NCBI GenBank assembly: GCA_034780895.1 | Contig: JAUZTB010000072.1 | Span: forward strand, 14,554,373 to 14,618,372 | Source of the DNA: Rhynchobatus australiae | Lineage: Eukaryota | DNA: 64,000 bases | Direction of reading: 5' to 3' | Shown: positions 1 to 13,900 of the stretch, in pieces | Layout: the number at the start of each line of letters is the position of its first letter | Position numbering within the stretch: the stretch's first letter is position 1 | The notes under the pieces: model-generated | Told to the model about the DNA's origin: nothing | The model's database searches: none | Seen by the model: only the letters and a program-made list of their open reading frames with translations | Position numbers and translations under genes: made by a program

Positions 1-351
1 CTAAAAGGATACAAGAGATCTTAAATGACACAGATTGCTATTGCAATTACTGCAACATTGTACACAATTTTTCTGTGAAGTAAAAATCTATACAAAATTT
101 TAAAAAAATTACACTCAAATTCAGGCCAGTTAGAATTTGCCAAAAAAACTGCTGGATAACTTGAATGATGTGCTTTACTTCCAGACAGATTTCTGATTAA
201 ATCAAATTCTCATAGTAGCACTGCTTGACCAAGAGCTTTTTTTAAGAAACTTAATTTAAGAGAGAATGCAGAGATTACTGGAATATACAATGAACTGGTA
301 TTTGCTTCCACAGGAACTGAAGATCATCCTGAAAGATCAGCGCATGAGCCT

Positions 352-1050
352 CATCAATTATTTAGATGTAAGGTACGAGTATCATGCATTCCAATTTGCC
401 AACAATACAAAAGCTAGGTGTGAAAATGAGATGTGAAGGGGATGCAAAAAGGTTGCAAAGACAAGTTGAATTGGTACAAAGGTGGCAGATGGAATATAGG
501 AGAAACGTTAAGTTCTCTGAAAGGAAAACTGTAAATAGTAAGGAAATTCTGAACTCAGAAGTGGTGAGGGGAAGTGCTTAACTATCCTTGTAAAAGATTC
601 ACACAAGCAGCTACAGAAAGGAAACCAAATAGCATGATGGCATTTATTGCACAGGCTTGGACCACAAGAGAAATCTTACTGCAATTATATAAAGTCTTGG
701 TGAGACGACTCATTGTGTGCAAGTTTAGGTTTCCTTGCTTAAGTATATACTTGCCTTAGAGGGACCACAACAAAGGTTCCCTAGATTGATTTCTTGAATG
801 AGAGGCCTATCCCATAGGAATAGACTAAGTAGACTTCTTATTTTCACCAGAGTTTAAAAGGATGTGTCTTTGACTTTGCAGATGCTAAGAGGACTTTTTT
901 CCACTGGTAGGGAAGTACAGAGCTAATCAGTTTCAGAACAGGGTTTGGCTAATTTAGACAGAAAGAAGGAATATCATCGGAGTTGCAAATTTTTTGGAAT
1001 TTTATATCTNNNNNNNNNNNNNNNNNAAAACTAATTCAGAGATTCATTAC
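352..1050 (+). mobile_element. CR1-clade LINE, decayed RT/C-terminal fragment
   Basis: Translates to INYLD...FANNTKLG..CEGDAKRLQ...WQMEY, resembling the CR1 INDLD...FADDTKLGG motif. Many stops. Confidence 0.75.
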
Positions 1051-1914
1051 TAAGGGACATTGGAAGGTCCTTAATCAGTTAGAAGATAGTCAATGTACTA
1101 AGTTCCCAATAACTACATTCAATATGAATGATGGGCATCAATTAATGACAAAGACACTAATGCCCTGACAACCATTGCATCATTTCTCCATTGCAAACTT
1201 ATTTATGGAAATTCATTGCCCAAAATCTCTTTTTTTTAAGTGTTTAAGTAGTTTTACATTTTTTTAAATGAAAACATTATTTAAATCAAGTATTCAAATA
1301 GAATTCTTCGAACTAATGTCACAGGCAAAATTCTGACTGGTCAAAATCCAATTCATGTCAAATGAACTCTGTCAGATACATTTTGTGAAATATTATACAC
1401 TACCAGCTAAATATAAATGACAGATCCTATATAGTAAAAATTTAAAAATATGGAAGCAGTCATCTAGTTTACAGAGGAGAATCATGTTCTGCCAAGAAAT
1501 AGCTATCTTCAGTTGTATAACATTTTAACTGGAATAATTTTTTCTTGATATTGGTTAAGCAAGGATGTTGATAATGCCAATGCTGGTTTGTAAGCTATGA
1601 AGTCTAAAAATAAAACAAGCTAGATGACCTCGATGAGAATCAATGATCCCTGATGCTTAAGTTTCTACTGTACAAGTTGGTTAGCAGCACTTCCCCAGAT
1701 GAGATCACCACTTAATGTTAGAAAAAAAAACGATTTACAGATAATTATATGGTTTTTGAAAAAAGCTGGATATCAAACTATTCATTTTCATAAATTTGCT
1801 TATTGCGCATGCCACAATCCACTGAATTTTATCTGCCAAAACTTTGGGATGAGAATTTAAATCAACCTAATCTACATTGCTAACATCAAAGACTGGATGC
1901 CTCCATTAATAACA

Positions 1915-2350
1915 ATAACTTGTATTTATACAGTACCTTTAACATTGTAAAATGCGAGAGGCATTTCATAAGAATATTATTGAACAAAATCTAATATCAA
2001 CTCATACAAGGAGATATTAGACCAAATAACTAAAAGCAAGGTCAAAAGAGCTTGGCTTTAAGAAGCAACACACAAAGGAGAAAAGGAGAAAGATTAAGGG
2101 AAGGAAGTCCAGAGTTTAGGGCTTAGGAAGCTAAATGAGAGATCACCAATGATATAGCAATTAAAATTTGGAATGCACAATTCAGAATTTGATAAGATAA
2201 TTTCAGGATTGATGAGCTATCAGAGGGATGCAGGACTGGAGAAGGTATGGAGAATGGAAAGGCAGACGATGAAGGGATTCAATAACGGGATGAGTATTTT
2301 TGAACTGCAATCTTTCTGGACCTGGAAGACAATGTGGGTCAATGGCTCAA
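1915..2350 (-). mobile_element. L2-like LINE 3' fragment
   Basis: ttgtatttatacagtacctttaac end followed by purine-rich sequence, typical of antisense L2 3' regions. Confidence 0.5.
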
Positions 2351-2724
2351 GTTAATTGGTGGAGGTTTAAGTGCATCTAAAATAGCATTATCCATTACAG
2401 AAAACAACCTTCAATATGATGAGATTGGGGTTCACAATGAAAAAAATTTGTAAAAAAGTTCTACAAATATAAAAATTCATAATTTCTCAATTCGATAACT
2501 TCTCAATGCACCATGTTCAAAATTTCCTAGAAATTTTAATTGTGTTAGCAAATAGAAAATTGTATCCTAATGCGATCAATACAATAGATCACAAGTGAGG
2601 GTTGGGGAGGGGGGGGGTGGTGGGGATGTTCAGGGATACAGCAATGGGGAAAGATGAGCACATGAATGAAATAGGTGATTTTGTGAATCTTGCACTCAAG
2701 CCAGGATTAATCGTTGTTGAGAAG

Positions 2725-2788
2725 AAGTTGCAGTAATTACACAAGTTGCAGTAATTACACAAATTACTCCAAGTTGCAGTAATTACAC
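2725..2788. repeat. Three copies of 18-bp AAGTTGCAGTAATTACAC
   Basis: Exact copies at 2725-2742, 2743-2760 and 2771-2788. Confidence 0.9.
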
Positions 2789-3414
2789 AAATACCTTGAA
2801 AAGGCTGGATTTCCAAGGCTGAATGATCTTTTTCACTCTGGACCTTGCACTCCTTGTTTGAAGGCCTGCATTCCCAAAAGTGTCCATGCTAATCAATTCC
2901 ATAAGGAATCATTTATCACTATATGATCATTGTTACAGGAAATTCAGACTCACCAGGCAGGTATTATAAATATTACCATTTTCCTCTTAAAAGTGATTTC
3001 TGCTTGGAACCAAATATGCAGCAGGGATTAAACGCAACACTAGTTTGTGCATTTCTCAACTTTCCACATGTAACAAGATTACAATTATTATTATAAAAAA
3101 GCAAGAACAATGCATCTTTTAAATTCAGGAAAAGCATCTTATGTAAGAGATAGTTATAAAAGTTAGTTGCTTCTTAAACGTTTCTCTTTCTGTCAGCCTC
3201 CATAAGTTTTCCTTCATGTCTCAGTCAGGAGAAATTTCACATAAGCACAAAAGTTTCAAGATAATGATGGGATAAGTTTGTTATTAATGCTTTCCATAAT
3301 TTTCTATTATTTTCAGTAATCTTTAAATTTTGGAGAGTACATTAATATAATCCCATTCCAACAGAAACAAACAAAATGGTGATCTAATTGGATCCAAAAG
3401 GAAACTACCTTGCA

Positions 3415-4330
3415 GATATTAATGATTTGGATGAGAATGTTGATGGCACAATTAACAAATTTGCAGATTACACCAGAATTGGTGGTATACTGTATAGTGA
3501 AGAAGGTTGTTGAAGATTACAACAGGATATTGATAAATAGGAAAAGTGGGCAAAAGAGTGGCAGATGAAATTTAACTCAGACAAGTACGAAGTGATGCAT
3601 GTGGGAGATTAAAGCAGGCCACAGCATAGGCAGTGAATGGCACTGGAGAATGTTGTTGAACAGACAGATTTACTGTTACACATGCGTAGTTCCCTGGCAA
3701 CACAGGTGGGCCAGGTGGTCAAGGCAGCATATGGCATGCTTGCCTTCATCAGCCGAGGCACTGAGTACAAGAGTTGGGATATCACATTACAGTTGAACAA
3801 GATATCGGTTAGGTCACTGCACCACAGGAAGTATGTGATTATGCTAGAGGGTGCAGAAAAGATTCACCAGGAAGACAGGATTGGAGTGACAAGGAGAAAT
3901 TAGATTGGCATGGTCCATTTTCCCTAAAGCAAAGGAGGTTGAGAGGTGATGTGCTAAGAGGTACATAAAATTACGAGAGACATAGATAGAATGGATAGCC
4001 AGAGTCTGTTTCCCGTGGTAGGGGTGTCTGAAACTAGAGGTCAAAAAGTTTAAGTTGAGCAAGAAGACGGTTAAAAGAAGATGTGAAGGGTAAATTTTTC
4101 CACACAAAGAGCAGTTGATATCTGGAAATGAGCTGCTAAAGGAGATGGTAGAGGCAGGAAAAGCAACATATAAGGAGGTGTCTGGACAGGTACTTAAATC
4201 AGCAAGGCATAAAAGGGGTATGGAATTTATGCAGGCAAATGGGAATGGTATAAATAAGCATGATTATCAGCATAGGTGCGGTGGGCTAAAGGGCCTGTTT
4301 CTATGCTATACAAATCTATATCGCTCTATA
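3415..4330 (+). mobile_element. HER1/CR1-type LINE, 5'-truncated, with 3' tail
   Basis: INDLDENVDGTINKFADYTRIGG...WQMKFNSDK...AYGMLAFISRGTEYKSWD, ending in gggctaaagggcctgtttctatgcta. Confidence 0.88.
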
Positions 4331-4604
4331 GACTGAAAGGTTAATAGGTGAATTTGCTTCCCTTTAATTAATCAAATTCAAGGAGCGTCATACATATCAC
4401 AATTCCTTAGTAGTTCCAGAAGAGTGCAATTTATAATATTAAACTTTGATAAATTATTTTTAGGAACAGTTTCAGGATACTATACCTAGAAATCTCTACC
4501 AATATGAAACATACAACTTAAAAACAAACACAAACAAACTGCTAGTCACTATGGCCTTTATGTTCTAACTACAAAGTAGAATATCATTGTTTCATTTATT
4601 TCAT

Positions 4605-5030
4605 TCAGAGAAACGTAGAAACAAGGAGCAGATGTACGCCATTCAGTTTTTCAAGCCAGCTTTGCATTCAATATAGTCATACCTGATCCTCTATCTCAAC
4701 ACCACATTCCCAATCACTCCACATACCCCTTGATACCCTTTGGATCTAGAAATCCAAGGCCTTCTTAAATATATTCACCAACCATGGCCTTCACTGCATT
4801 CCACAGGTCCTCTACCCTCTGAATGAATAATTCTTCTCTCCTCTCAGTCCTTGCCCTTTATCCTGAGGTGGTTATCCCTCATTCTAGACTCCCCAGCCAG
4901 CAGAATCCTGCCCAATCCAGTCTGTCTAACCCAGTCAGAATATTGTATACATCAACGTGATTCTCTCTCATTCTTCTAAATTTGATGATCCCATTTCTCC
5001 TCAGACACCAGTCCTGCCTGTCTAGGAATG
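4605..5030 (-). mobile_element. CR1-type LINE 3' end
   Basis: agaaacaaggagcagatgtacgccattcag... is the antisense of a CR1 3' tail. Homologous to 23545-23775 and 28025-28220. Confidence 0.7.
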
Positions 5031-6569
5031 TCCAGTTTCACACAGCTGAACACATTATTTGTAAAACTTAGAGATGTTATCTGGATGCAGCATCTTTTAA
5101 TGAGACAAAAAGTCAATGCCTATTAACCATCAAGGTACTACAATTAATTAATTGATTAAAACCCCTACATCACATTTCATAAGACTTTCCTGTAGTTATG
5201 GCCACTAGTGAAAGCAGGGTCATAGACATATTCTGCTTAACAATGAGCTCTGAAAATTACTGGTTTAACCAAATCTCAGGAATCAGTACAATGTGGGAAT
5301 TTTAAAATTCTACAATTGCTACTGGCAGAATTGTTTCTCTTTCTGGGACTTGGGGGCCAGTGGATGGAGGTGGGGGGTTGTCGAGGAAGAGGGTGGTGAT
5401 GGGTGGCAGCCAGAAGCATTTTAACATTTATGGATCTGAAGTGATTTTCTCTGAAGCAAGGCACCAATGAGAGCAGATACTCAATTAGCTGTTGCTGCAC
5501 ATCTTGGGCAACAAGGAGGGAGATCAATCCAAAACAGCCTGCCTGTTACTTGAAGGGTAGTGCCAACAAATGCATTCAAGAAAAGCTACCACTAAAACCA
5601 AGAAATAGGCTGAGGTCAAATCATTTCCTGGTACTTAACACCCAGAGCACTGAAATTGAAGCATTCCNNNNNNNNNNNNNNNNNNNNNNNNNNNNNNNNN
5701 NNNNNNNNNNNNNNNNNNNNNNNNNNNNNNNNNNNNNNNNNNNNNNNNNNNNNNNNNNNNNNNNNNNAACCAAGATATAGTCTGAGGTCAAATCTTTTCA
5801 TGGTACTTAACACCCAGAGAACTGAAATTGAAGCATTCCTTCAAGTTGGAGTTCAACACTGAAAGCTGAAAAATAAGTAAAAACTGCAACAAACTTCACA
5901 GAATTTCTTCAAATCATAGATCATGGTAGCAGTCACACAAAGTAAGCGATAAATTTATGGACTACAAGAACCTTTTACTTTCATTGTTGAGACAAAGAAT
6001 AAAAACAAAGGGAAAAGAATAGATTTACTTTTATAAAATTATGCAAATGTCATATACAGTTTATTTTCAAAAAAGGATCCTCAAAATTAAAGCTGCTGTG
6101 GTTTAATTTCACAAATACAAGAAATATTCACGAAACAAAAGCAGCCAGCACCAATTTGGTGACATGCAGTGTTGGTGTATTCTTGCAGCCTGAAGATGGG
6201 TGCACATCTGAATTGTGAACACGCCTGCACTCACCACAAATATTGACCACCTGCTGCATATTTCCGGCATTTTCTGTTACTGTTTCTGATTTTCCATATT
6301 TGGCTTTTTGCATAATGCTTGTGTTATGACTGAAGTACAAAATTCATCAAATATGGTTTACATGAGAATTTCCTGTTTTACAGTACAAAGGTCACTTCCC
6401 CACAATGTATCCAAGTTCCTGGAGCCATCTACTTCCCTTTCCCAACGGCCAAGTTGATGACTGTTTAAATTTGCATGTGTTGGCTATGCATGTAAGAATC
6501 ACTTTCTTAACCACAAAAAAGTCACATATTTATGGATCCAAGAAGATTAGGAATATATAGGTGTATTAA

Positions 6570-8715
6570 AGGGTATGGTGGTGGTGTAGCGATTGAGTTA
6601 CCAGACCAAAAATCCAGAGGCCTGGTCTGATAATCTCAGGACCAAGATTCAAATATGGAATTTAAAAGCAACCACCCATTAGTAATGATGACCACAAACT
6701 ACTACATTGTTGTAAAACTCATCTATCTAGTTCAACAGTTTCCTCCTTTGATGGACATTGGCCAAGCTTACCTAGCCTGGCCAATGTGACTCCAGACCCA
6801 CCAATGTGATTGACTTTCAAATGCCCTGTGAAAAGGCCTAGCAAACCACTCATAACCAATATGATGGATCATAATGAATAAAACTAAGTGGATAGTCCAG
6901 CATCGACTGATGCACTGAATTCTCACACACCAAAGTCACTACCAACTGAGTCAACCTTACAAAATCCTCCTCACAAATATCTGGGGACCACTTTCTATAT
7001 TAGGAGAGTTATCCCACAGATTAATGTTGTGAGGCACAACAATCACGATAAGTGGAACTGACTCATAACAGATCTGGCAGCTCAAAGTTGATAACATCAA
7101 TGAGTTGCTATGGGCCATTAGCAGCATGCAACCTGTAACCTCATGGCAAGACATATCCCTCACATTACCATTATCAAACCAGACAATCAATATCATTTTA
7201 ATGAGTGCTGACAGCATGCCAGAAACACCGGTGGGCATACCTAATAAAAAAGGACCAACTGGGTGAGGATTACATACATTCTAAACAACAAAACAAGTGA
7301 ACAACAGGACTAAACCCTCTCACAACCAACGGATCAGATCAAGGCTCTGCAGAACCGCAACATCTAGTCAGTAATGGTGATGGTAATTAAACAGCCAACA
7401 GGAAGAGGCAGCTCTAAGAACATCACCATTCTTAATTATGGGAGGGCTGAGTAGGTGAGTGCTGAACATAAGGCTGGAATTTTGGCGACTACAGTTAGTC
7501 AGAAGCTCCAAGTGGATAATCCAGCTCAACTTCATCCTGAAGTCCCCACCAACTCAGAAGCAGACTTCAGCAAATTTGATTCACTTCAAGTGCTATCAAG
7601 AAATGGCTGAGAGCAGCAGAATCAGCAAAGACAATAGGATCAGCTGGCACCCCAGCTGTAGCACTAAAGACATGTGCTCCAGAACTAGCTGTGGTTCTAA
7701 TGAAGCTGCCTAGCTACAACACTGGCATCTACCCAATAATCTGGGAAAATGCCTAGATATATCCTGATCACACACAGAACAAATCCAATCTAGTTAATTA
7801 CTGTCCAGCCTTGCTCAATCTATCCATGATGGAAGCCCACTTTAACAGTGCTATCAACTGGTACATAACCTGCACATTGATGCCCATTTCAGATTTCATC
7901 AGGACCAGATCTCATCATAACCTTGTACCAAACATGAATCAAACAGCAGAATCCCAGAAACAGTGAGAGTGTTTGCTCTTGACGCCAAGGAACATTCTAC
8001 TTACTGCAGCATCTGAGAGCCTTGGTAAAACTGAGGTCAATTGGCATCAAGGGTGAAATACTCCTATGACTGGAGTCCTAAAGGAAGATGGTTGTGATTG
8101 GAGGTCAATCATCCCAGCCTCAGGAGATCACTGTAGGATTTGGACAAAGCAGTATTCTTGTCTTAGTCATTTTCAACTGCTTCATCTACCATCTTCCTGC
8201 CATCATGACGTTGGTAGTGAGGATGCTCACTAATGACTGCACAACATTCTATTCACAACTCATGCAAGACCGAGATAACATTCAGACGAGGTGATAGGGT
8301 GATAGGTGGCCAGTAACACTTACAAAGTACCAGCAGTGACCATCTCCAACAATTCTAACTGGTCACCCTTCACATTCAATGGCATGATGATTGCCAGCCT
8401 TTTCACCATCAACAATCTTGGGGGGGGGGGGGGGGGGGGNNNNNNNNNNNNNNNNNNNNNNNNNNNNNNNNNNNNNNNNNNNNNNNNNNNNNNNNNNNNN
8501 NNNNNNNNNNNNNNNNNNNNNNNNNNNNNNNNNNNNNNNGAATGGAACATCACCATTAATCAGGAACTCACCTGAACCAGGCACACAAACTCTGTGGCTA
8601 CAAAATCTGGTCAGAGGCTCGTATCCTGCAGCAGGTGATTCACTACCAGACACCTGGAAGCCTATCCATCATCTATGTTAGCAAAAGGATGGAATTGCCT
8701 GAACAAGTGCAATAC
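6570..8715 (+). mobile_element. CR1-clade LINE (second family) with internal deletions
   Basis: RT motif MVVIGGQSSQPQEITVGFGQSSILVLVIFNCFIYHLP...MLTNDCT, a decayed GVPQGSVLGP..F...INDL...FADD. Confidence 0.8.
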
Positions 8716-8719
8716 AGAA

Positions 8720-9200
8720 TAAAGGAACAGGAAGATAACAGTACAAACATAAAAAACATTAGTTAGGCTACAGTTGGAGTACTGTGTGCAGTTCTGATCA
8801 CAACACTATAGGAAGAATTTGAATGGAAAGACTGCATAGGCTGGGATCGGAGAAGGCCAAGGGAGACCCCCAAGGGGGACCCGATTGAGATATACAAGAT
8901 AATGAGGCACATGGGGGAGGGGGAGGGAAATGGTGAGAAACATTTCCCCTGAAAGAGGTATCAATGGCCAGTGGGCACAGGTTTAAGGGGTAGGAGATTT
9001 AGTGAAGGTTTAAGGAAGAATTTTTTCCTCTGCAAGTTGCTCGAAATCTGCAATGCACTTAGGGTACTCTCACAACATTAAGTATTTAGACAAGCTAAAG
9101 AGCCAAGTGAGGAAAATGGAGTCAATGTAGATAGGTACTTGTTGACTGGCAGGAACATGGTGGGCTAGGGGCCTGTGTATGTGCTGTATGACTCTACAAC
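8720..9200 (+). mobile_element. HER1/CR1-type LINE 3' fragment
   Basis: ttggagtactgtgtgcagttctg (LEYCVQF) through to the tail gggctaggggcctgtgtatgtgctgtatgactcta. Confidence 0.8.
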
Positions 9201-9735
9201 ATGAGCCTAAGTATCATGCAGTTACTGATTCAGCAGGGGACATCCTTCCGCCATCTATAAGGCACATGTCAGGGCCAAGATAGAATATGCTGAACTTGCC
9301 TGGGCAAGTACAGCACCAACAACACTCAAGAAACTCAATACCACTGAATAAAGCCACTCACTTGCCTAGTAACCCGTCACCACTCTAAACATTCAGTCCC
9401 TCCACCACGGACACATCAAGGCTCACGTCTACAAAGTGTACAGCAATATCTATACAGGCTAAAATGATGCAGTCTCCCAAACCCATTACCTCCAATTGCC
9501 AAACAGGACAATGGCAGCAGGCACATGGAAACACCATGACCTGCATGCTCCTCTTCAAGTTACATATAAAGCTACCTTGGAAGTGTATCACCATTCCTGC
9601 AATTCCCTACCCAACAGCAATGCAAAGGACAACCGAGGTGCAGGCAATTCAATACTTTTTCCAAGGTTAATTAAGGAAGGGCAATAAATGGTGGTTTTGC
9701 CAGCAGCGCCCACACTCTGAAAAATGAAAAAGAAT
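9201..9735 (+). mobile_element. 3' end of the second CR1-clade family
   Basis: IYKAHVR...APTTLKKL, ending gggcaataaatggtggttttgccagcagcgcccacac. Confidence 0.72.
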
Positions 9736-10559
9736 ATTTGTTTATACTGAAGATCAAATTGTATATTACACTTGCCATAGCATTTTTCCTTGGTTTGGTT
9801 TTGCTGAACCAATATTAAAATAGAAGATTACAACAAAAACAGATACAAATTGTGCAGGGAGTATTCCCCTCTAACCCGCAACCCCCCCCCATCCCAATTC
9901 TAATGGTCTGCATTTCACTTGATTATAACATTCAAACCCCAACTCAGCTCTCAAAAAACTATACATTTACACAACACAAAGCCAGAAGAACTTGACAATA
10001 TGGAATTTTTCATGATGTTAATTATTATCTTAGATATCCAACCATTGCTGTAAAAACCTGAAATGTGGCAGCCAATTTGCACAAAGTTCCACAGATAAAA
10101 GATCAGGCATTGTTTTAATGACACTGGCTGTGGTATAAACTACTGGTTTTGACATCATCCTGCTCTTTTTTATATGATGTAAAATGAAAAATTATNNNNN
10201 NNNNNNNNNNNNNNNNNNNNNNNNNNNNNNNNNNNNNNNNNNNNNNNNNNNNNNNNNNNNNNNNNNNNNNNNNNNNNNNNNNNNNNNNNNNNNNNNNNNN
10301 NNNNNNNNNNNNNNNNNNNNNNNNNNNNNNNNNNNNNNNNNNNNNNNNNNNNNNNNNNNNNNNNNNNNNNNNNNNNNNNNNNNNNNNNNNNNNNNNNNNN
10401 NNNNNNNNNNNNNNNNNNNNNNNNNNNNNNNNNNNNNNNNNNNNNNNNNNNNNNNNNNNNNNNNNNNNNNNNNNNNNNNNNNNNNNNNNNNNNNNNNNNN
10501 NNNNNNNNNNNNNNNNNNNNNNNNNNNNNNNNNTTCTGCAATGTACATTCTTGCCAGAT

Positions 10560-10900
10560 AAAAAATGTCTAACCACCGTCAAGAACATCTTCAAGACGTG
10601 ATGCCTCAAGAAAGCAGCATCCATCACAAAGGACCCTCAGCATCAGGGACATGCCCTCTTCTCATTACTACCATCAGGGAGGTGGTAAAGGAGCCTGAAG
10701 ACCCACACTCAACGATTCAGAAACAGCTTCTTCCCCTCCACCATCAGATTTCTGAATGATCCATAAACACTACCTTGTTTTTTTTTGTTTGCACTATCTA
10801 TTTTTGTAATTTATAGTAATTTTATGTCTTTGCACTGTACTGCTGCTGCAAAACAACAAATTTATGTTAAATAAGTCAGTGATAATAAATCTGATTCTGA
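10560..10900 (+). mobile_element. Rex1/Babar LINE 3' end
   Basis: LKKAASITKDPQHQGHALFSLLPSGR..RSLKTHTQRFRNSFFPSTIRFLN, with a tail ending aataaatctgattctga. Confidence 0.8.
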
Positions 10901-13900
10901 ACCAACAGTTGATTAATTAACCAATTAAAGCCAAAAGACATCTTTCGAAAGAATGAACTGTGAACCAAGAAGAGATTGACGCAAATTATTAAAAAACACA
11001 ATATAATAACTAAAACTACTGCAAAAACACTGGATTCCATTTTGCACAACATGATAAGCATATTCCTGACGAACTCCAGATTAAATAATTCAATTTATAG
11101 TAAAATAAGACAAATGTGCAAAGATAAAAGTTTACAATACACAGAATAAATCCTTGAAAGTTACAGCCCTTTGAAAATATTTTCCCCAATCTTAAATGTG
11201 GGCACACAAAAGCATTCTAGAAGGGCATACCTAATATTATGCCCTTTTCCTGAGGTTTAACAGCTGTGTACAGTAAACTGCTTTGCATCCACATTATTTC
11301 TATCAAGCAACTGCATTTATTTTCCTGTCTGGATATCTGAAGCCCATTAGATTTCACACAAGATACATGATATGTAATTAAGATCAAGTAACATTAAAAT
11401 ATGACCAGCACCCAAAAACTGATAGGGTGTTAGTGATGTCATTGAAACAATGATCATAAAGAAAGGAAAACAAGATAAAAACAGTTATCACCTAAGTATA
11501 CCAATTCACATCCACTTCTGCTTTCAGTGCCAGAGTAAGTGTATGCTCCTNNNNNNNNNNNNNNNNNNNNNNNNNNNNNNNNNNNNNNNNNNNNNNNNNN
11601 NNNNNNNNNNNNNNNNNNNNNNNNNNNNNNNNNNNNNNNNNNNNNNNNNNNNNNNNNNNNNNNNNNNNNNNNNNNNNNNNNNNNNNNNNNNNNNNNNNNN
11701 NNNNNNNNNNNNNNNNNNNNNNNNNNNNNNNNNNNNNNNNNNNNNNNNNNNNNNNNNNNNNNNNNNNNNNNNNNNNNNNNNNNNNNNNNNNNNNNNNNNN
11801 NNNNNNNNNNNNNNNNNNNNNNNNNNNNNNNNNNNNNNNNNNNNNNNNNNNNNNNNNNNNNNNNNNNNNNNNNNNNNNNNNNNNNNNNNNNNNNNNNNNN
11901 NNNNNNNNNNNNNNNNNNNNNNNNNNNNNNNNNNNNNNNNNNNNNNNNNNNNNNNNNNNNNNNNNNNNNNNNNNNNNNNNNNNNNNNNNNNNNNNNNNNN
12001 NNNNNNNNNNNNNNNNNNNNNNNNNNNNNNNNNNNNNNNNNNNNNNNNNNNNNNNNNNNNNNNNNNNNNNNNNNNNNNNNNNNNNNNNNNNNNNNNNNNN
12101 NNNNNNNNNNNNNNNNNNNNNNNNNNNNNNNNNNNNNNNNNNNNNNNNNNNNNNNNNNNNNNNNNNNNNNNNNNNNNNNNNNNNNNNNNNNNNNNNNNNN
12201 NNNNNNNNNNNNNNNNNNNNNNNNNNNNNNNNNNNNNNNNNNNNNNNNNNNNNNNNNNNNNNNNNNNNNNNNNNNNNNNNNNNNNNNNNNNNNNNNNNNN
12301 NNNNNNNNNNNNNNNNNNNNNNNNNNNNNNNNNNNNNNNNNNNNNNNNNNNNNNNNNNNNNNNNNNNNNNNNNNNNNNNNNNNNNNNNNNNNNNNNNNNN
12401 NNNNNNNNNNNNNNNNNNNNNNNNNNNNNNNNNNNNNNNNNNNNNNNNNNNNNNNNNNNNNNNNNNNNNNNNNNNNNNNNNNNNCGTGTTAACTGAACTA
12501 CAAGAGTAAATAGGGATTTTAATTGCAACTGATGTACAAATTTACAATATATGCAAGTTTACATCCATATACAGAAATGTGTTGCAACTGAAGTTTTTTT
12601 TTGTTTAAACCAAAGCAAATACATCTCCTTTCTCCTCAACTCCAGCCACACTCCTGTCCGCACTCACATTTCCATCTACACTCCTGAACCAACCAGGTAC
12701 ACTGGAAACCTCATCAAAAATGCAAGGAGTAACATGGCAGAACCCTTTTCCTGTCATTCTTCTGTACTGCTGGCTTTTAAATTTTAAAATTTATACAGCA
12801 CAAAAAGTTAATGTTTAAATCTTAGTTCAATATATATAACAATTTGCTACCCCAGAACAGGACTAACGAATGATGAGGCAGTTAATTGAATTTCTGTTGC
12901 GAAATTTACTTAAAAACATTTTTATATTTCTCAAAGAGATACCATTACAAAAATTTCCAGAACTACCCAGAAATGCTTCCTTTGTTGCAATTGTCAAAAC
13001 AAAAAGTGCTATAAATATAGCTGCCTCTATAATTGCAAAGACTATCCATGCAGATAATGAAAATCAGTAGGGAATCTAGAATTTTAAACTGTAACCAACA
13101 AAGTACAAGATGAAATGAGTTTAGTCATTTTTCTTGATCTGAGTGGTTACTTGTAACAGATAACAAGTAGTGATGTAAGACAATATGTGCAAGGCTTGAT
13201 AAAAATAAAGGGCAGATAACTGAGAATGTTATTTTGGAGGTATCGGTGTCCTTGTAGGATTATACTACAGAAATTACTGCCCCCCTCCTTTACTCTTAAG
13301 CTTAAGAAATAGCCATCAAAAAAAAATTATTCTTCCCTCTCCTTCTCTGAAAGAAGTATTTTTCATAATTCCAGGACAGGATCAAACAAGTAATAGACCA
13401 CATTAAGTGTAGAGGAAGCTGTTACTCATCCTGGCAATTGGCTAGTGGAGGCAAAGATAGGAGTAATCCTATCCACACACACACACACAGAGTAAGGCTT
13501 TTCTTGAGTAAAATACAAGAATTAATACAGCATACTTGATGTCCTCTAGTAACAGATGGTCTCAAGCTTAACCACTAGACACTTCTTGCACTTCCTCTAG
13601 GACCGCCAGAAGGTAACAAGACCCAGGAACAATGTATGTGGGCAACCATAGTGACCAACCCAATACACTCCATCAACCTAGGCCAAGTTGGCAATTCACA
13701 GGCCAAGCCAGGAAAAGATCAGCAAGCAGATCTCCCTGCTACCATCTGCATGGAATCATGGGAGTAAGTGACATTAAAAATTGAGGAGCATTCCATTTAC
13801 TGGAAGAGTAGGTGGAGCCCTTCATTCAGTGAAAATGTGGAATACTGTCTCACCCGAGCTTTAAAAAAATTACATATCACATCAAGAATATGAGAGCTGG

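Noticed and set aside
2725-2788. CRISPR-like repeat
   Set aside because: Eukaryotic context; short tandem units with no unique spacers and no cas genes.
5596-5840. About 70-bp near-duplicate flanking a 100-N gap
   Set aside because: Typical unmerged contig overlap or haplotype artefact. The same pattern occurs at the gaps 23996-24095, 44286-44385 and 48413-48512.
10115-12528. Long ORFs in the track (also at about 14.3, 27.4, 43.4, 52.8, 53.8 and 57 kb)
   Set aside because: They consist of N runs translated as X.
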